Positions 1-9,152 of a stretch of 64,000 nucleotides of DNA are shown here, piece after piece. Under the pieces are notes generated by a model. That model saw only the letters and a list, made by a program, of their open reading frames with translations. It had not been told where the DNA came from and did no database searches. The translations under genes were made by a program, and so were the position numbers. How positions within the stretch are numbered: position 1 is the stretch's first letter; each line of letters opens with the position of its first letter. Source of the DNA: a virus; the IMG/VR virus record IMGVR_UViG_3300042465_005589, positions 141,741 through 205,740 of that record, one strand, 5' to 3'.

Positions 1-271
1 TCTTTAAAGTATTTGGTTGGATGGTAGCATCTTCAAAAGATTCTGTGGAAACAAACTCACTTTTCATATATTCAATTACGTGTTCAAACATTTCATAATC
101 TTTAAAATCACCTCGTTTGTGTCCAGCCTTCATTAATAATGACATACCCGCAGCCAACATCATTGTTGTTTGCTTGACTGATAATAATTCTTGGTCTTTT
201 GGGAATCCAATATCAAAATAGTTTCTCTTATCTTCTCGTCTCCAAGTTACTCCAACTGTTAAACTGTCCAT
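1..271 (-). CDS. Hypothetical protein, partial. The N-terminal 90 codons are in the window and the gene continues past the window start.
   Basis: Minus-strand ATG at 269-271 opens a frame that runs to position 1 with no stop (MDSLTVGVTWRREDKRNYFDIGFPKDQELLSVKQTTMMLAAGMSLLMKAGHKRGDFKDYEMFEHVIEYMK...). It is not in the ORF track because it has no stop codon. Confidence 0.45.
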   Translation of the reverse strand, partial: MDSLTVGVTWRREDKRNYFDIGFPKDQELLSVKQTTMMLAAGMSLLMKAGHKRGDFKDYEMFEHVIEYMKSEFVSTESFEDATIQPNTLK

Positions 272-276
272 AATTT

Positions 277-702
277 TTATATTTGAATTGGTAATAATCT
301 CTCAGGTAAGTATTGTTCCGGACATACGATGGTAACGCTTTCAATATAATACGGATACTTCAATAAGTAATCCATTGACATTTTAGAAGTATCTCTATAA
401 TTCAAAACTATATACGGAGTGGTTACTTTATTATCAATTTTGATTCTAACCTTTTCAAAATCAAATTGCATAAAACGATATTCCCCATTAACATCCCCCA
501 TAAGTTTTACAACTGTATTGGTTTCAGTATTTGAATTAACCGAACCGGCAATCAAAAAGAACGAACCCGATGTATGGGTTTGTGTGATATCCCGGTTAAC
601 CAACTGTCTTAAATAAATTTTATCACTATGTAAATCTTTATATTCAATTGGTTGACACCCAATCATAAACAACACCACTAATAACCCTAATACTTTTTTC
701 AT
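277..702 (-). CDS. Predicted lipoprotein. Start moved to the internal Met (MKKVLGLLVVLFMIGCQ...).
   Basis: Track ORF 277..750. The internal Met precedes a typical signal peptide and lipobox (FMIGC). A TATCTTTG -7-like motif lies about 19 nt upstream of this Met. Confidence 0.55.
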   Translation of the reverse strand: MKKVLGLLVVLFMIGCQPIEYKDLHSDKIYLRQLVNRDITQTHTSGSFFLIAGSVNSNTETNTVVKLMGDVNGEYRFMQFDFEKVRIKIDNKVTTPYIVLNYRDTSKMSMDYLLKYPYYIESVTIVCPEQYLPERLLPIQI

Positions 703-718
703 CTCTATTATTTTTTCA

Positions 719-745
719 CAAAGATACAAATAATATTTGAAACTA
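719..745 (-). promoter_or_regulatory. Copy of the conserved upstream motif (minus-strand reading ...TATTATTTGTATCTTTGTG...), which contains a TAnnTTTG -7-like element.
   Basis: About 19 nt upstream of the preferred start of 277..702. Confidence 0.45.
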
Positions 746-771
746 TCCAAAAAAAATATTATATTTGTTAT

Positions 772-2178
772 ATGAAAAATGCAATTAATTTATTAATGGA
801 AAAGTGGATTAAAGGTGTGGATACATATACCCACAATGGTTCTACTTGGTTAATATTTACCGATTCCAAAAAATGGGTAATTGAACTAACCGATTCTAAA
901 ACCCTATGGTATAACTACAACTTCTTCAAACAAATATTTGATTTCACTTCGTTGGATGTTGTGGAGAATCAATCATACATCACCAAATGGGTGGAAGATA
1001 ATATTATCAATGGGGTAAACCATACCGGAGCACCTGATTGGAATAGAGATAAGGTTGCCAAATATGCAATTGAAAATGGTGTGAAGAACACCAAACAATC
1101 ACATATAGATAACCGAATCCAAGAACGTGTTGAAGGTACCATTGAAAATGGGGTAAAGAAAACCAATTATAAATCTCTAGTGACAAGAGGTAATATTGAA
1201 GACATCATTGATGGCGGGGTTAAGGAAACTATTAGTACACTACGACGTACTCTTCTTGGGGTTGACGATATCATTCAAAATGGAATAAAAGAAACCCGTT
1301 TGGAAATGAACATTACTGAAGGAGAAGTTGATGACATCATTCAAGATGGGGTGAAACACACCTTTGGTGATAAGTGGCATAAGCATAATTTTGTTGAAGA
1401 CATAATTCAAAATGGTGTAAGAGATACACAGAGTAACCCGTATGAAAATACAAGTTGGATTGAAGGTGTTATTAAAAAAGGTGTAAAACTTACCGGACGC
1501 ATTCATAAAGATTATACTGAAGTTGTTGAATACCTTATTGAAAATGGTGTGAGGAAAACCTATCACGACACAGATAACTATACTGACGATGTGAAAGAAG
1601 TCATTAGAGAAGGTGTGAAAGAAACAAAGGAGATGTTGGATTGGGTTTGTACCGACCGAATGTTATCTAATGTTCTTGAAAATGGTGTGAGAACTTCCCA
1701 CCCACGTGCATATGTAGATGAAAAAATGATTGATAAGGTGATTGATAAGGGTGTAATAGAAACCCACGATGATGTATATCACCACAAAGGAAGAATTGAT
1801 GGTGTGATTAAGAATGGTATTAAAGAAACGTTGAAAGCATCATATCTTAATGTTGATGATGTAATTCAAGATGGTGTTAAAGAAACAAAAACACCCGGTG
1901 ATTGTGACCTTGTATCAACCATTGAATGGATGAATGAAAATAATACCAGTAATGTTCCCATAATGATTGATGATGTTATTGAGAATGGTGTTAAAGAAAC
2001 TGTGGCAGCCGGATGTGTTGACAAAAAGACGGGTATTTTTCATTATCGGATTCAAGAACAAGTTGATGATGTTGTTGACAATGGTGAAAAAGTTAACGGA
2101 ACTTACGCTGGCGGTCAACGTCAAAGTGAAAAATGTAAATCCGTTGTTGAATATGGAACAAAAAACCCCACCGATTAG
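772..2178 (+). CDS. Tandem-repeat protein with about 16 copies of a 22-24 aa unit (core [VI]xxIIxNGVKET). Possible surface or structural protein.
   Basis: Repeat units are visible in the translation (IENGVKNT, IENGVKKT, IIDGGVKET, IIQNGIKET, IIQDGVKHT, IIQNGVRDT, VIKKGVKLT, LIENGVRKT, VIREGVKET, VLENGVRTS, VIDKGVIET, VIKNGIKET, VIQDGVKET, VIENGVKET). A TATATTTG -7-like motif lies 6 nt upstream of the ATG. Confidence 0.7.
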   Translation: MKNAINLLMEKWIKGVDTYTHNGSTWLIFTDSKKWVIELTDSKTLWYNYNFFKQIFDFTSLDVVENQSYITKWVEDNIINGVNHTGAPDWNRDKVAKYAIENGVKNTKQSHIDNRIQERVEGTIENGVKKTNYKSLVTRGNIEDIIDGGVKETISTLRRTLLGVDDIIQNGIKETRLEMNITEGEVDDIIQDGVKHTFGDKWHKHNFVEDIIQNGVRDTQSNPYENTSWIEGVIKKGVKLTGRIHKDYTEVVEYLIENGVRKTYHDTDNYTDDVKEVIREGVKETKEMLDWVCTDRMLSNVLENGVRTSHPRAYVDEKMIDKVIDKGVIETHDDVYHHKGRIDGVIKNGIKETLKASYLNVDDVIQDGVKETKTPGDCDLVSTIEWMNENNTSNVPIMIDDVIENGVKETVAAGCVDKKTGIFHYRIQEQVDDVVDNGEKVNGTYAGGQRQSEKCKSVVEYGTKNPTD

Positions 2179-2192
2179 GATGGGGTTTTAAA

Positions 2193-2651
2193 TTATATTT
2201 CTTCTCCGAAAATATCATCGGTCCAATTCTCGGGAATCATTACAATAATATATCCTTGTCTAACTTCAATTAATGATTCCGGAACCACACCATTAAGTTG
2301 TTCCATTATTTCAGGTCGTTCTTTAAAAACAACTCTCAACTTACCATCAGGAGCAGTATCAACAACTTTGTGGTTAAACCCATCCATAATTTCCTTGAAT
2401 TTATCAAGTCCTCCGAAATCTTCAGATTCTTCAGAATCAATATCCAATTCACCACCCAAAAATCTTTCAGGTACATTACTCTCACCACCACTCTTTAAAT
2501 ATTTAATTTCTTCATCAGTCATACCCTCAAGTCCAACCTCATTATATAAATCTAAAATAATATCGTAGTAGTCATAATCAAATTGTTCATCCAAAAGTTT
2601 TAACACAATTTTTTTTAAATCCGATTCCGTTAATTTTATAATCTTTTTCAT
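2193..2651 (-). CDS. Hypothetical acidic protein with an N-terminus (MKKIIKLTESDLKKIV) related to the ITE family.
   Basis: 152-aa ORF that lies antisense between two plus-strand genes and has protein-like composition. Confidence 0.5.
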   Translation of the reverse strand: MKKIIKLTESDLKKIVLKLLDEQFDYDYYDIILDLYNEVGLEGMTDEEIKYLKSGGESNVPERFLGGELDIDSEESEDFGGLDKFKEIMDGFNHKVVDTAPDGKLRVVFKERPEIMEQLNGVVPESLIEVRQGYIIVMIPENWTDDIFGEEI

Positions 2652-2723
2652 ATCAATAAATATGCAAAAAAAATATTAAAAACAAAGGGGCGTTAATTTT
2701 AAATCTATTAAGTATTTATAGAT

Positions 2724-4310
2724 ATGTCAAATATCATAAAATATAATTTAAGTACATCACCAAATTCAATACAATCAGGTAATTTTAATGTTGCTGTTAA
2801 TAATACTCCAACAAATTTAACCGGATTTTATAACGGAATTTCCCCAATAAATGGGGGTTACACCATTTACATTAATAAAGAGTCTAATGGACCATCCATT
2901 TACGTCCCACAAAATGATAGTGATTTAATTCAAATAGTTAAACAATTGGGGGGTAATGTTTCAACTGCAGCGGAAGCTTTGGTTTGGATTAATTCTCAAA
3001 GTAATATGACGGTTCTAAATAATAATTACCCCTCAATTGTAACCAGTGGACTTGTATTAAATGTAGATGCAGGATTTGTATCTTCATACCCAAAAACCGG
3101 AACAACTTGGAAAGATTTGAGCGGTGGTGGAAATAACGGTACTTTAGTTAATGGACCAACTTATAGTAGTGGGAGTATAGTTTTTGATGGCGCGGATGAT
3201 AGAGTTCAGACAACATATTCTCCAAATTTTGGGGATTTTACAGTTTGTCTTATTTTTAAAGATAATGGTTCAAATGCTTGGGGGAGATTAGTAGATAAAT
3301 TATATACTACAGGTTTTTTCATTTCAAGCTATTTTGCATCATCAGGCGCTAATTACGTAGGCGCCGGAATAATAGAGCCTAATTATCCTTACGGAATAGC
3401 ACTTCCTTATGAATCAGGAAAGTATCACTATTTCGCCTCAGTTAGAAACGGAACAACTCATACAATCTACCTAGATGGTATTACCCAAACCACAAGCAAA
3501 ACAGTATCTTCTAATCTTCTAGATAGTACTTCTATCGCCTTTGGGGATTGGAGCGGGGGGGTAAGTCAACCTTTTAAAGGTGATTTACCATATGTTCAAA
3601 TTTACAACAGAGCACTCTCAGCCGCTGAGGTTCTACAAAACTATTACGCAGGACTACAAAGATTTATACCAACAGACGGATTAGTACTTTCATTAGATGC
3701 TCAAAATACAAATTTATATGCAATCTCTCCAACCACAGCATACGATGTGAGTGGGAATAATATAAATGGTACATTAACAAATGGTGTTCAATATGTTGGT
3801 GATGGAAATGGTTCATGGAGATTTGACGGGGTTGATGATGTGATAACATTAGGTTATCAACCATTATTAAATAATACTGATATAACACAGGAAGCTTGGG
3901 TTAATGGAAATTCTTTTACGAGTTGGCACGGAATTATTTCAAACATGCCTTCTTGGGGGACAGGGTTTAGTTTACAAATTGGTATAATACAAAATATTGC
4001 GGCAATGGTTAGTGGGACTTATTTGAAAACTTCTTGGGCGCCCTCTGTAAATGTTTGGTATCACATTGTGGCAACACATAGAAGTAGTGATAATTTCACT
4101 GCATTATATGTTAATGGTGTTTTAGAAAATACAACAACGCAAGCGGTAACTTATTCTGAAAATGCGATAACAACAATAGGGGTTTTTTATACTTCAGGGT
4201 CATTACCATTTAATGGTGAGATTGGGTCTGTTAAAACATACAACAGAGCATTAACGGCAACAGAAGTAACAACAATATATAACGCAACTAAATCAAGATA
4301 CGGATTATAA
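2724..4310 (+). CDS. Protein with two tandem LamG-like (Laminin_G_3 / concanavalin-like) domains. Candidate receptor-binding or tail-fibre-associated protein.
   Basis: Two repeated modules. The first runs W-KDLSGGGNNGTLVNGPTYSS...FDGADDRV and ends ...YNRALSAAEVLQNYY. The second runs YDVSGNNINGTLTNGVQYVGDG...FDGVDDVI and ends ...YNRALTATEVTTIYN. These are characteristic Laminin_G_3 motifs. Confidence 0.65.
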   Translation: MSNIIKYNLSTSPNSIQSGNFNVAVNNTPTNLTGFYNGISPINGGYTIYINKESNGPSIYVPQNDSDLIQIVKQLGGNVSTAAEALVWINSQSNMTVLNNNYPSIVTSGLVLNVDAGFVSSYPKTGTTWKDLSGGGNNGTLVNGPTYSSGSIVFDGADDRVQTTYSPNFGDFTVCLIFKDNGSNAWGRLVDKLYTTGFFISSYFASSGANYVGAGIIEPNYPYGIALPYESGKYHYFASVRNGTTHTIYLDGITQTTSKTVSSNLLDSTSIAFGDWSGGVSQPFKGDLPYVQIYNRALSAAEVLQNYYAGLQRFIPTDGLVLSLDAQNTNLYAISPTTAYDVSGNNINGTLTNGVQYVGDGNGSWRFDGVDDVITLGYQPLLNNTDITQEAWVNGNSFTSWHGIISNMPSWGTGFSLQIGIIQNIAAMVSGTYLKTSWAPSVNVWYHIVATHRSSDNFTALYVNGVLENTTTQAVTYSENAITTIGVFYTSGSLPFNGEIGSVKTYNRALTATEVTTIYNATKSRYGL

Positions 4311-4576
4311 TGGAAATACAAGAATACGACAACAGAGAATTTATGATTTTTAATGTTAATGAATTATCTAACATTAATTTTGAAGAGGTTTTAGAAACCT
4401 CAATTGACACGGTTAGAAAATCGGTTGACCTAACAAAAACATTTGTTAAATGGGATGGTGTGATGCCAATATGTGTGTCAGATTTAACGACAAAAGAAGG
4501 TCCTTATACATATGATGAGATATTACAAATTCTATCAACACCTGAATGGACTATGCCAATGCCGGATATGTTATAA
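4310..4576 (+). CDS. Hypothetical protein, translationally coupled to the upstream gene through a TAATG overlap.
   Basis: 88-aa ORF whose ATG overlaps the stop codon of 2724..4310. Confidence 0.5.
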   Translation: MEIQEYDNREFMIFNVNELSNINFEEVLETSIDTVRKSVDLTKTFVKWDGVMPICVSDLTTKEGPYTYDEILQILSTPEWTMPMPDML

Positions 4577-4582
4577 TTTATA

Positions 4583-4900
4583 TTACACACATTCCTTATC
4601 GTAAATACCTTGTAGATAATCGGCAAAATTATCTACCATAAAATAATACAAAGTATCTTTGGTTTTAGAATCAATCTTTCCGCCGTTTTCATAATAGTAA
4701 TCATCAATTAAATCCAATACCAGCATATCACACATTTCACCAATAAAATCACCCAAACTTCCATAATCACAAGGATTATAATTCTGTATAACAAAATCTA
4801 AATGACCTTTAATTTCGTCATAATTAAACCTTCTACGAAGTGATGCCGGGATATTCTCCATTAACAAGTTATGCTGTCTTTCAGTGATTATAATTTTCAT
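4583..4900 (-). CDS. Hypothetical protein of the ITE N-terminal family (MKIIITERQHNLL...).
   Basis: Conserved N-terminal MKIIITE peptide. Its stop and the downstream start overlap as ATGA. Confidence 0.6.
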   Translation of the reverse strand: MKIIITERQHNLLMENIPASLRRRFNYDEIKGHLDFVIQNYNPCDYGSLGDFIGEMCDMLVLDLIDDYYYENGGKIDSKTKDTLYYFMVDNFADYLQGIYDKECV

Positions 4901-5259
4901 TCCTCAACAAATTCCTCAATTAATTTATTCAAACTTATTCCCAACATATCAAGACCAAGTATTTTTAAAAAATTATTTTCGCTAATTTTACGATTGTGAG
5001 ATTCACTTAAAACTAAGGTACCATATTCTTTACCTTGAGGGTGAAGATAATAATTATTTCCATTAACCTTAAACAAATACATTGGACCATAATTATTAAG
5101 TAACCACCTAAACTCATCTCTACCATCAGTAAACAAGTTTTGACCTTTAGGACCTAATTCAATCCAATTTGTAATTATTTCAATATTGTCGGATAAGTTA
5201 TAACCCAATATATTATTGATTAACCCTTTTAATCTGTTTTCTGTTATTATTATTTTCAT
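4897..5259 (-). CDS. Hypothetical protein of the ITE family and paralog of 10259..10633. Start moved to the internal MKIIITENRL.
   Basis: Track ORF 4897..5286. About 45% identity to 10259..10633 (NNILGYNLSDNIEIITNW vs NNTLGYDLSDTIEMITNYW; LGLDMLGISL...EEFVEE vs MGIDMFGIPL...DNFVKEE). Confidence 0.65.
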   Translation of the reverse strand: MKIIITENRLKGLINNILGYNLSDNIEIITNWIELGPKGQNLFTDGRDEFRWLLNNYGPMYLFKVNGNNYYLHPQGKEYGTLVLSESHNRKISENNFLKILGLDMLGISLNKLIEEFVEE

Positions 5260-5600
5260 AATTCTTCCTCCACTCTTTTCCACCACCAGGGGTTATCGTC
5301 TCTCGCCGAAACATTATTTGAATGTAAACCATATTCCTCCAATAACCATTTTTTTAATATTGTTTGAACATCAGAAAAATCTAATCCAAATATTTTGGTT
5401 AACCCACTCCATATATTAAACACATCAACATACACATTAGTGTTTGTTAAATGATAGTCAATCATTACCTTACCGTCTTTAACATAGAAAAGACGAGTTG
5501 GGTTGGATTCGCTTGTAACCGAAGGTAACCCTCCAAATTTATCGGTCAACCATTTTAGGACCAATCTATGTAATCTATCTTCAGTAATTATCATTCTCAT
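5256..5600 (-). CDS. Hypothetical protein of the ITE family (MRMIITEDRLHRLV...).
   Basis: 114-aa ORF with the conserved N-terminal peptide, tightly packed with its neighbours. Confidence 0.6.
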   Translation of the reverse strand: MRMIITEDRLHRLVLKWLTDKFGGLPSVTSESNPTRLFYVKDGKVMIDYHLTNTNVYVDVFNIWSGLTKIFGLDFSDVQTILKKWLLEEYGLHSNNVSARDDNPWWWKRVEEEL

Positions 5601-5601
5601 A

Positions 5602-5919
5602 TTAATTTAATCTTCTAGTAAAAAAAGTTGATTTTAATGCTGACGGTTCATTAAATTTAATTGAAACATATTCTTTACAGATATCCACCAAATCAGGTAT
5701 AGACATCCCTAACATATTTTTAGCGGTATAAAAATCATCGTAGTCAAATCGTATTGATTCTTGTTTGGTATCATATTCAAAAGCGGTACGACCATTATCA
5801 TCCATATATTCATATAGAACGTGAGGATACCCCATACGTATCGGTCGTCTCCCGTGTTTCTCATAACCCCTAAAGGTCATATCAAAATATTTAAAGATGA
5901 GTTCTTTCTTTCTGTTCAT
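5602..5919 (-). CDS. Hypothetical protein.
   Basis: 105-aa ORF spaced 2 nt from the upstream gene. Confidence 0.55.
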   Translation of the reverse strand: MNRKKELIFKYFDMTFRGYEKHGRRPIRMGYPHVLYEYMDDNGRTAFEYDTKQESIRFDYDDFYTAKNMLGMSIPDLVDICKEYVSIKFNEPSALKSTFFTRRLN

Positions 5920-5930
5920 AATTAACTACT

Positions 5931-6335
5931 CTAATTTAATCCGGAACAACGTCCACCTTTACACGGGGACTTAGGACCATTATCTCCAGCCCAAAAAGTT
6001 CTTTCTCCTTTAGGTTCAGGATTTTCAGCAGCGTTCTTTTTTGTTCTATCATCAAATTCTTTATACCATTGGTCAAAAGTTTGTCCGGGTTTTTTATACT
6101 TTTCGTAAGATTTTGTCCAAACAAGTTTATTTCGTTCTTTCTTTAAAGAATCTTTAATAGCAAATGCTTTAGCCCGTTCTTGACGTAGAGCCTCCGCTTT
6201 TTCTTTATTAAGTTCAATTTGTTTTAATCTTTGTTGTTGAGGTGTTAAAACGGTAGTTGTCCCCCCACTAGTTACCGGAGGAGTGGTTTGTTCAATCAAA
6301 AAATTATACTGTGATTCTGTAATTAATATCTTCAT
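5931..6335 (-). CDS. Hypothetical Lys-rich protein of the ITE family (MKILITESQYNFLIEQ...).
   Basis: 134-aa ORF with the conserved N-terminus and a basic, coiled-coil-like middle region. Confidence 0.55.
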   Translation of the reverse strand: MKILITESQYNFLIEQTTPPVTSGGTTTVLTPQQQRLKQIELNKEKAEALRQERAKAFAIKDSLKKERNKLVWTKSYEKYKKPGQTFDQWYKEFDDRTKKNAAENPEPKGERTFWAGDNGPKSPCKGGRCSGLN

Positions 6336-6347
6336 ACAAATAAATAT

Positions 6348-6373
6348 CCCCCAACACCGAAATAAAAGGGGGG
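6348..6373 (-). terminator. Hairpin (CCCCC...GGGGGG) downstream of the stop of gene 6379..7416.
   Basis: GC stem in an AT-rich context, with the TTAA/T-rich flank seen in the rest of this terminator family. Confidence 0.4.
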
Positions 6374-6378
6374 TTAAA

Positions 6379-7416
6379 TTAATCTACGTTAGTTATTTCG
6401 GTGGGGTGCTCTGTAAATACAGCAGAATTAAAACTGTGGGTATAATTTTTATTATCAAATTCCAACATTTTATTTGGATTAACAAATAATATTTTATCAA
6501 CCAATGATTTTCCCTTATAATCTCTCATACCATAAGTTTTAATGAAAAAAGGACCTTCTTTTTTACCGGCATACGAGACCAATGGTTTAATTTGATAGTT
6601 TATACCATCAATAGTAGCATCAACCCCTTCATATCTATCCATTATAGAACCCGATGGATAAAATGTAGTATTACTACCTTTTTTTAATATTTTAGCCAAT
6701 TCTTCACTTTTATATCCATTCTCAATGGATTGCCATTGACGTTCAACTAAAGGTTCAATAAAAGATGGATTATCTCTAAGTTCATTAGCCAACCAATTAA
6801 CAATATCCAAATCACTGTCCGATTTAGAGTATCTTTTGTTTATCAGTTCCTGAATTTCTTTTTTGGTATCAAAATAATTTAAAATAGACCAATCATCTTC
6901 ATTACCCAATTTTTCACCAATGGTATAGACACCTCTCACACCAGCAGAAAATATGTTATCTTGATAGTTCCATTTACCCGGACCATCATTATCCGGTGGG
7001 AACGCCAATTCCAAAGCCTTACGAATTTGATAAGATGTTATCTCCTGTTTAATATTGGTTTTAGAATCATCAAGTAAATTGAATAATATGTTATAGTATT
7101 TCCTATCCTTATAATATAATTCATCACTAAAAATAAATGGAACTCCTCCCTTATATCTAATATCATTTTTATCCAATTCAAATACCCCGTTAGGACCTCT
7201 AAAGATTACAAATTGAGGTTCGTTTGGTTTTTTATAATCCGATTTTCCAAATTCAGTACCATTAAAAAATGCAATAAATTTTTTAGGGTATTTTTTATCA
7301 GGAACAACACCGATTGATTTATACTCATATTCAGGATTCTCATCCGAATAATCAAACGCACGATTAACCTCACTAACTAATACTTTATATTGTCGTTCTT
7401 TTATTAATATATTCAT
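6379..7416 (-). CDS. Hypothetical protein (345 aa) with an ITE-like N-terminus (MNILIKERQYKVLV).
   Basis: Long ORF. A hairpin terminator (6348-6373) follows its stop and an intergenic repeat copy lies upstream. Confidence 0.65.
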   Translation of the reverse strand: MNILIKERQYKVLVSEVNRAFDYSDENPEYEYKSIGVVPDKKYPKKFIAFFNGTEFGKSDYKKPNEPQFVIFRGPNGVFELDKNDIRYKGGVPFIFSDELYYKDRKYYNILFNLLDDSKTNIKQEITSYQIRKALELAFPPDNDGPGKWNYQDNIFSAGVRGVYTIGEKLGNEDDWSILNYFDTKKEIQELINKRYSKSDSDLDIVNWLANELRDNPSFIEPLVERQWQSIENGYKSEELAKILKKGSNTTFYPSGSIMDRYEGVDATIDGINYQIKPLVSYAGKKEGPFFIKTYGMRDYKGKSLVDKILFVNPNKMLEFDNKNYTHSFNSAVFTEHPTEITNVD

Positions 7417-7437
7417 AATAATAAATATCTATGTTTT

Positions 7438-7508
7438 CAAAAAAAGGGGCGGGGGGATTTTAATTCGACCGGAGGAAGATTGGGTGGGGAATAACGTTAC
7501 CACCAACC
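7438..7508. repeat. Intergenic repeat copy A (AAAAAAAGGGGCGGGGGGATTTTAATTCGACCGGAGGAAGATTGGGTGGGG...).
   Basis: It shares the AAAAAAGGGGGCGGGGGGATT head with copies B and C. It sits directly upstream, on the coding strand, of gene 6379..7416. Confidence 0.55.
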
Positions 7509-7627
7509 TTTAAATTTTCCATTTAAGAAAACTGTACCCACAATGGGTATTAATATTCGTAGAACTAATAGACCCAAACATATAAAACCTATGGTCTCCA
7601 AAAAATTATATTTCCAAATTATCTCCA

Positions 7628-8458
7628 TTACTTATTTAAATATTCTTTATACTCTTTCTCTAACACTTCTCTACTATCCGTTAAATAATCATTTTTAGAT
7701 AACCAATCAAATAACCACCTTGTTTGGTAATGAAATACATTATTATAAACTTTCTCTTCTCTAATTCTAAATCTCTCATTACTCTCCTCAACAAACTTAC
7801 TTGGTTCCTTAGATACAATCTTTTCCAACTTCTCACTAAGGGTTTCTACTTTACCAAAATATTTCTTTGGAACCATAAGTGGTCTAACTATTTCGTCCTT
7901 AACCTCAATACCCACCTTAGTTATGTACCCATAATCAACTCCAGTACAGTCATTACAATTTTCACACTGAAAACTACATTGTTCTCCGTAGTCAACCTCA
8001 TCACCACAATAGAAATTCTTTATTGGAAGAATGATTTTGTAAAATGAAGATTCATAAAATTCCATTGCCCCATCATAATGACCTCCTGTTCTATATATCT
8101 CAACTTCCTCACATCTTTGATTCTTCACAAACCACTTAAGGAACTCATCACTAATTTCCTGAACACCATCTTTTTGAAGGTCTAAGTCTGTTGTTAATAT
8201 CACTTTGTTTTTAAAATTACCTTCATCTCTTGGTCTTGCTTGAAACACACTTCCTTCATATACATAATAGTCTTTATCATATACGCCTTCTTCATCATTA
8301 GTGATGTACAAATTATGTGTAGATTTAATGTCTGTATGATACTTTGGAAACTCACATAGTTGATATGTTCTTTCTTGGCTATTGTAATATAGCCTACTTG
8401 TGTGTTCCGTTGGTAATACGTGTATGTTTTTCATTTTATTTCTTTTTAAATTGTTCAA
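7628..8458 (-). CDS. Hypothetical protein with a Cys-rich C-terminus, tandem paralog of 8436..9116.
   Basis: It shares a roughly 110-aa N-terminal domain (YDKDYYVYEGSVFQARPRDEGNFKNKVILTTD...) at about 85% identity with the neighbouring gene. The DNA blocks 8187-8299 and 8861-8973 are nearly identical. Confidence 0.65.
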   Translation of the reverse strand: MNNLKRNKMKNIHVLPTEHTSRLYYNSQERTYQLCEFPKYHTDIKSTHNLYITNDEEGVYDKDYYVYEGSVFQARPRDEGNFKNKVILTTDLDLQKDGVQEISDEFLKWFVKNQRCEEVEIYRTGGHYDGAMEFYESSFYKIILPIKNFYCGDEVDYGEQCSFQCENCNDCTGVDYGYITKVGIEVKDEIVRPLMVPKKYFGKVETLSEKLEKIVSKEPSKFVEESNERFRIREEKVYNNVFHYQTRWLFDWLSKNDYLTDSREVLEKEYKEYLNK

Positions 8459-9116
8459 ACCATCCTAATTTAACAGTATCTTTATGTTTTTGTTCAAAGT
8501 AAGTACAGTGCTTTTCAACTATCTCATTAATCATCACTATAACTTCTTCCTCACTATAACTTCTTTTTTGTTGCCATTTAGCACCAAATTTCATAGCTCC
8601 TAATACAAATCCTTTAGTAAGTTGTCCACAAAAATTAGTTTCCATAAATTTTTCAAAAGCTTCTTCAAGTGTTTCTTTAGATTCTTGTTTTGGTTCATCA
8701 GCAAAGTACATTCTTCTAATATGATATTTCCCAAATGTATATTTTCCGTTTATAAAATCTCCTTCTACTATTTCAACTTCCTCACAACTTGGATTCTTTA
8801 CAAAAAATTGTAAAAACTCATCATCAATCTTTTGCACACCATCTTTGATTAAGTCTTGGTCTGTTGTTAATATCACTTTGTTTTTAAAATTACCTTCATC
8901 TCTTGGTCTTGCTTGAAACACACTTCCTTCATATAGATAATAGTCTTTATCATATATACCTTCTTCATCAGATGTTATATACACATACTCGTGGGAACAC
9001 TTGGTACATTCGTTACTATTGGAATGGGATAAATTATCAAACCTCAATTTATTGGAATCCAAATCTCTCCACAATCTACTCTCCTTATCGGTGGGAATTA
9101 AAAATATGTTTTTCAT
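8436..9116 (-). CDS. Hypothetical protein, tandem paralog of 7628..8458 with a divergent C-terminal half.
   Basis: Conserved N-terminal domain. The promoter motif TATCTTTGT lies 13 nt upstream. Confidence 0.65.
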   Translation of the reverse strand: MKNIFLIPTDKESRLWRDLDSNKLRFDNLSHSNSNECTKCSHEYVYITSDEEGIYDKDYYLYEGSVFQARPRDEGNFKNKVILTTDQDLIKDGVQKIDDEFLQFFVKNPSCEEVEIVEGDFINGKYTFGKYHIRRMYFADEPKQESKETLEEAFEKFMETNFCGQLTKGFVLGAMKFGAKWQQKRSYSEEEVIVMINEIVEKHCTYFEQKHKDTVKLGWFEQFKKK

Positions 9117-9128
9117 AAATTATTTTTT

Positions 9129-9152
9129 TACAAAGATAACATTATTTTCCAA
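9129..9152 (-). promoter_or_regulatory. Conserved upstream motif copy (plus strand reads TACAAAGATAACATTATTTT).
   Basis: 13 nt upstream of the start of gene 8436..9116. Confidence 0.45.

Noticed and set aside
419-616. Short ORFs nested antisense or out of frame inside longer ORFs. The track examples are 419..616, 969..1166, 1240..1566, 1915..2124, 1967..2191, 2298..2498, 2368..2568, 3664..3888, 5216..5419, 5936..6124, 6283..6489, 7724..8047, 8622..9399 (plus strand), 11782..12539, 17078..17323, 17802..18071, 20224..20685, 21648..21830, 22157..22378, 23143..23551, 26398..26710, 28473..28742, 31168..31383, 31884..32219, 33248..33430, 33753..33974, 34216..34407, 35769..36038, 38999..39309, 42997..43317, 43319..43531, 45692..45892, 46629..46910, 47546..47815, 49150..49341, 51267..51467, 56793..57399, 59722..60093, 61053..61335, 63149..63843.
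   Set aside because: All lie fully within a longer ORF that has domain hits or family signatures. Their products are low-complexity and Ile/Phe/Leu-rich, the typical shadow translations of AT-rich DNA.
772-2178. Diversity-generating retroelement target (variable repeat protein).
   Set aside because: There is no reverse transcriptase gene and no template-repeat/variable-repeat pair with adenine-specific mismatches. The repeats are ordinary imperfect tandem protein repeats.
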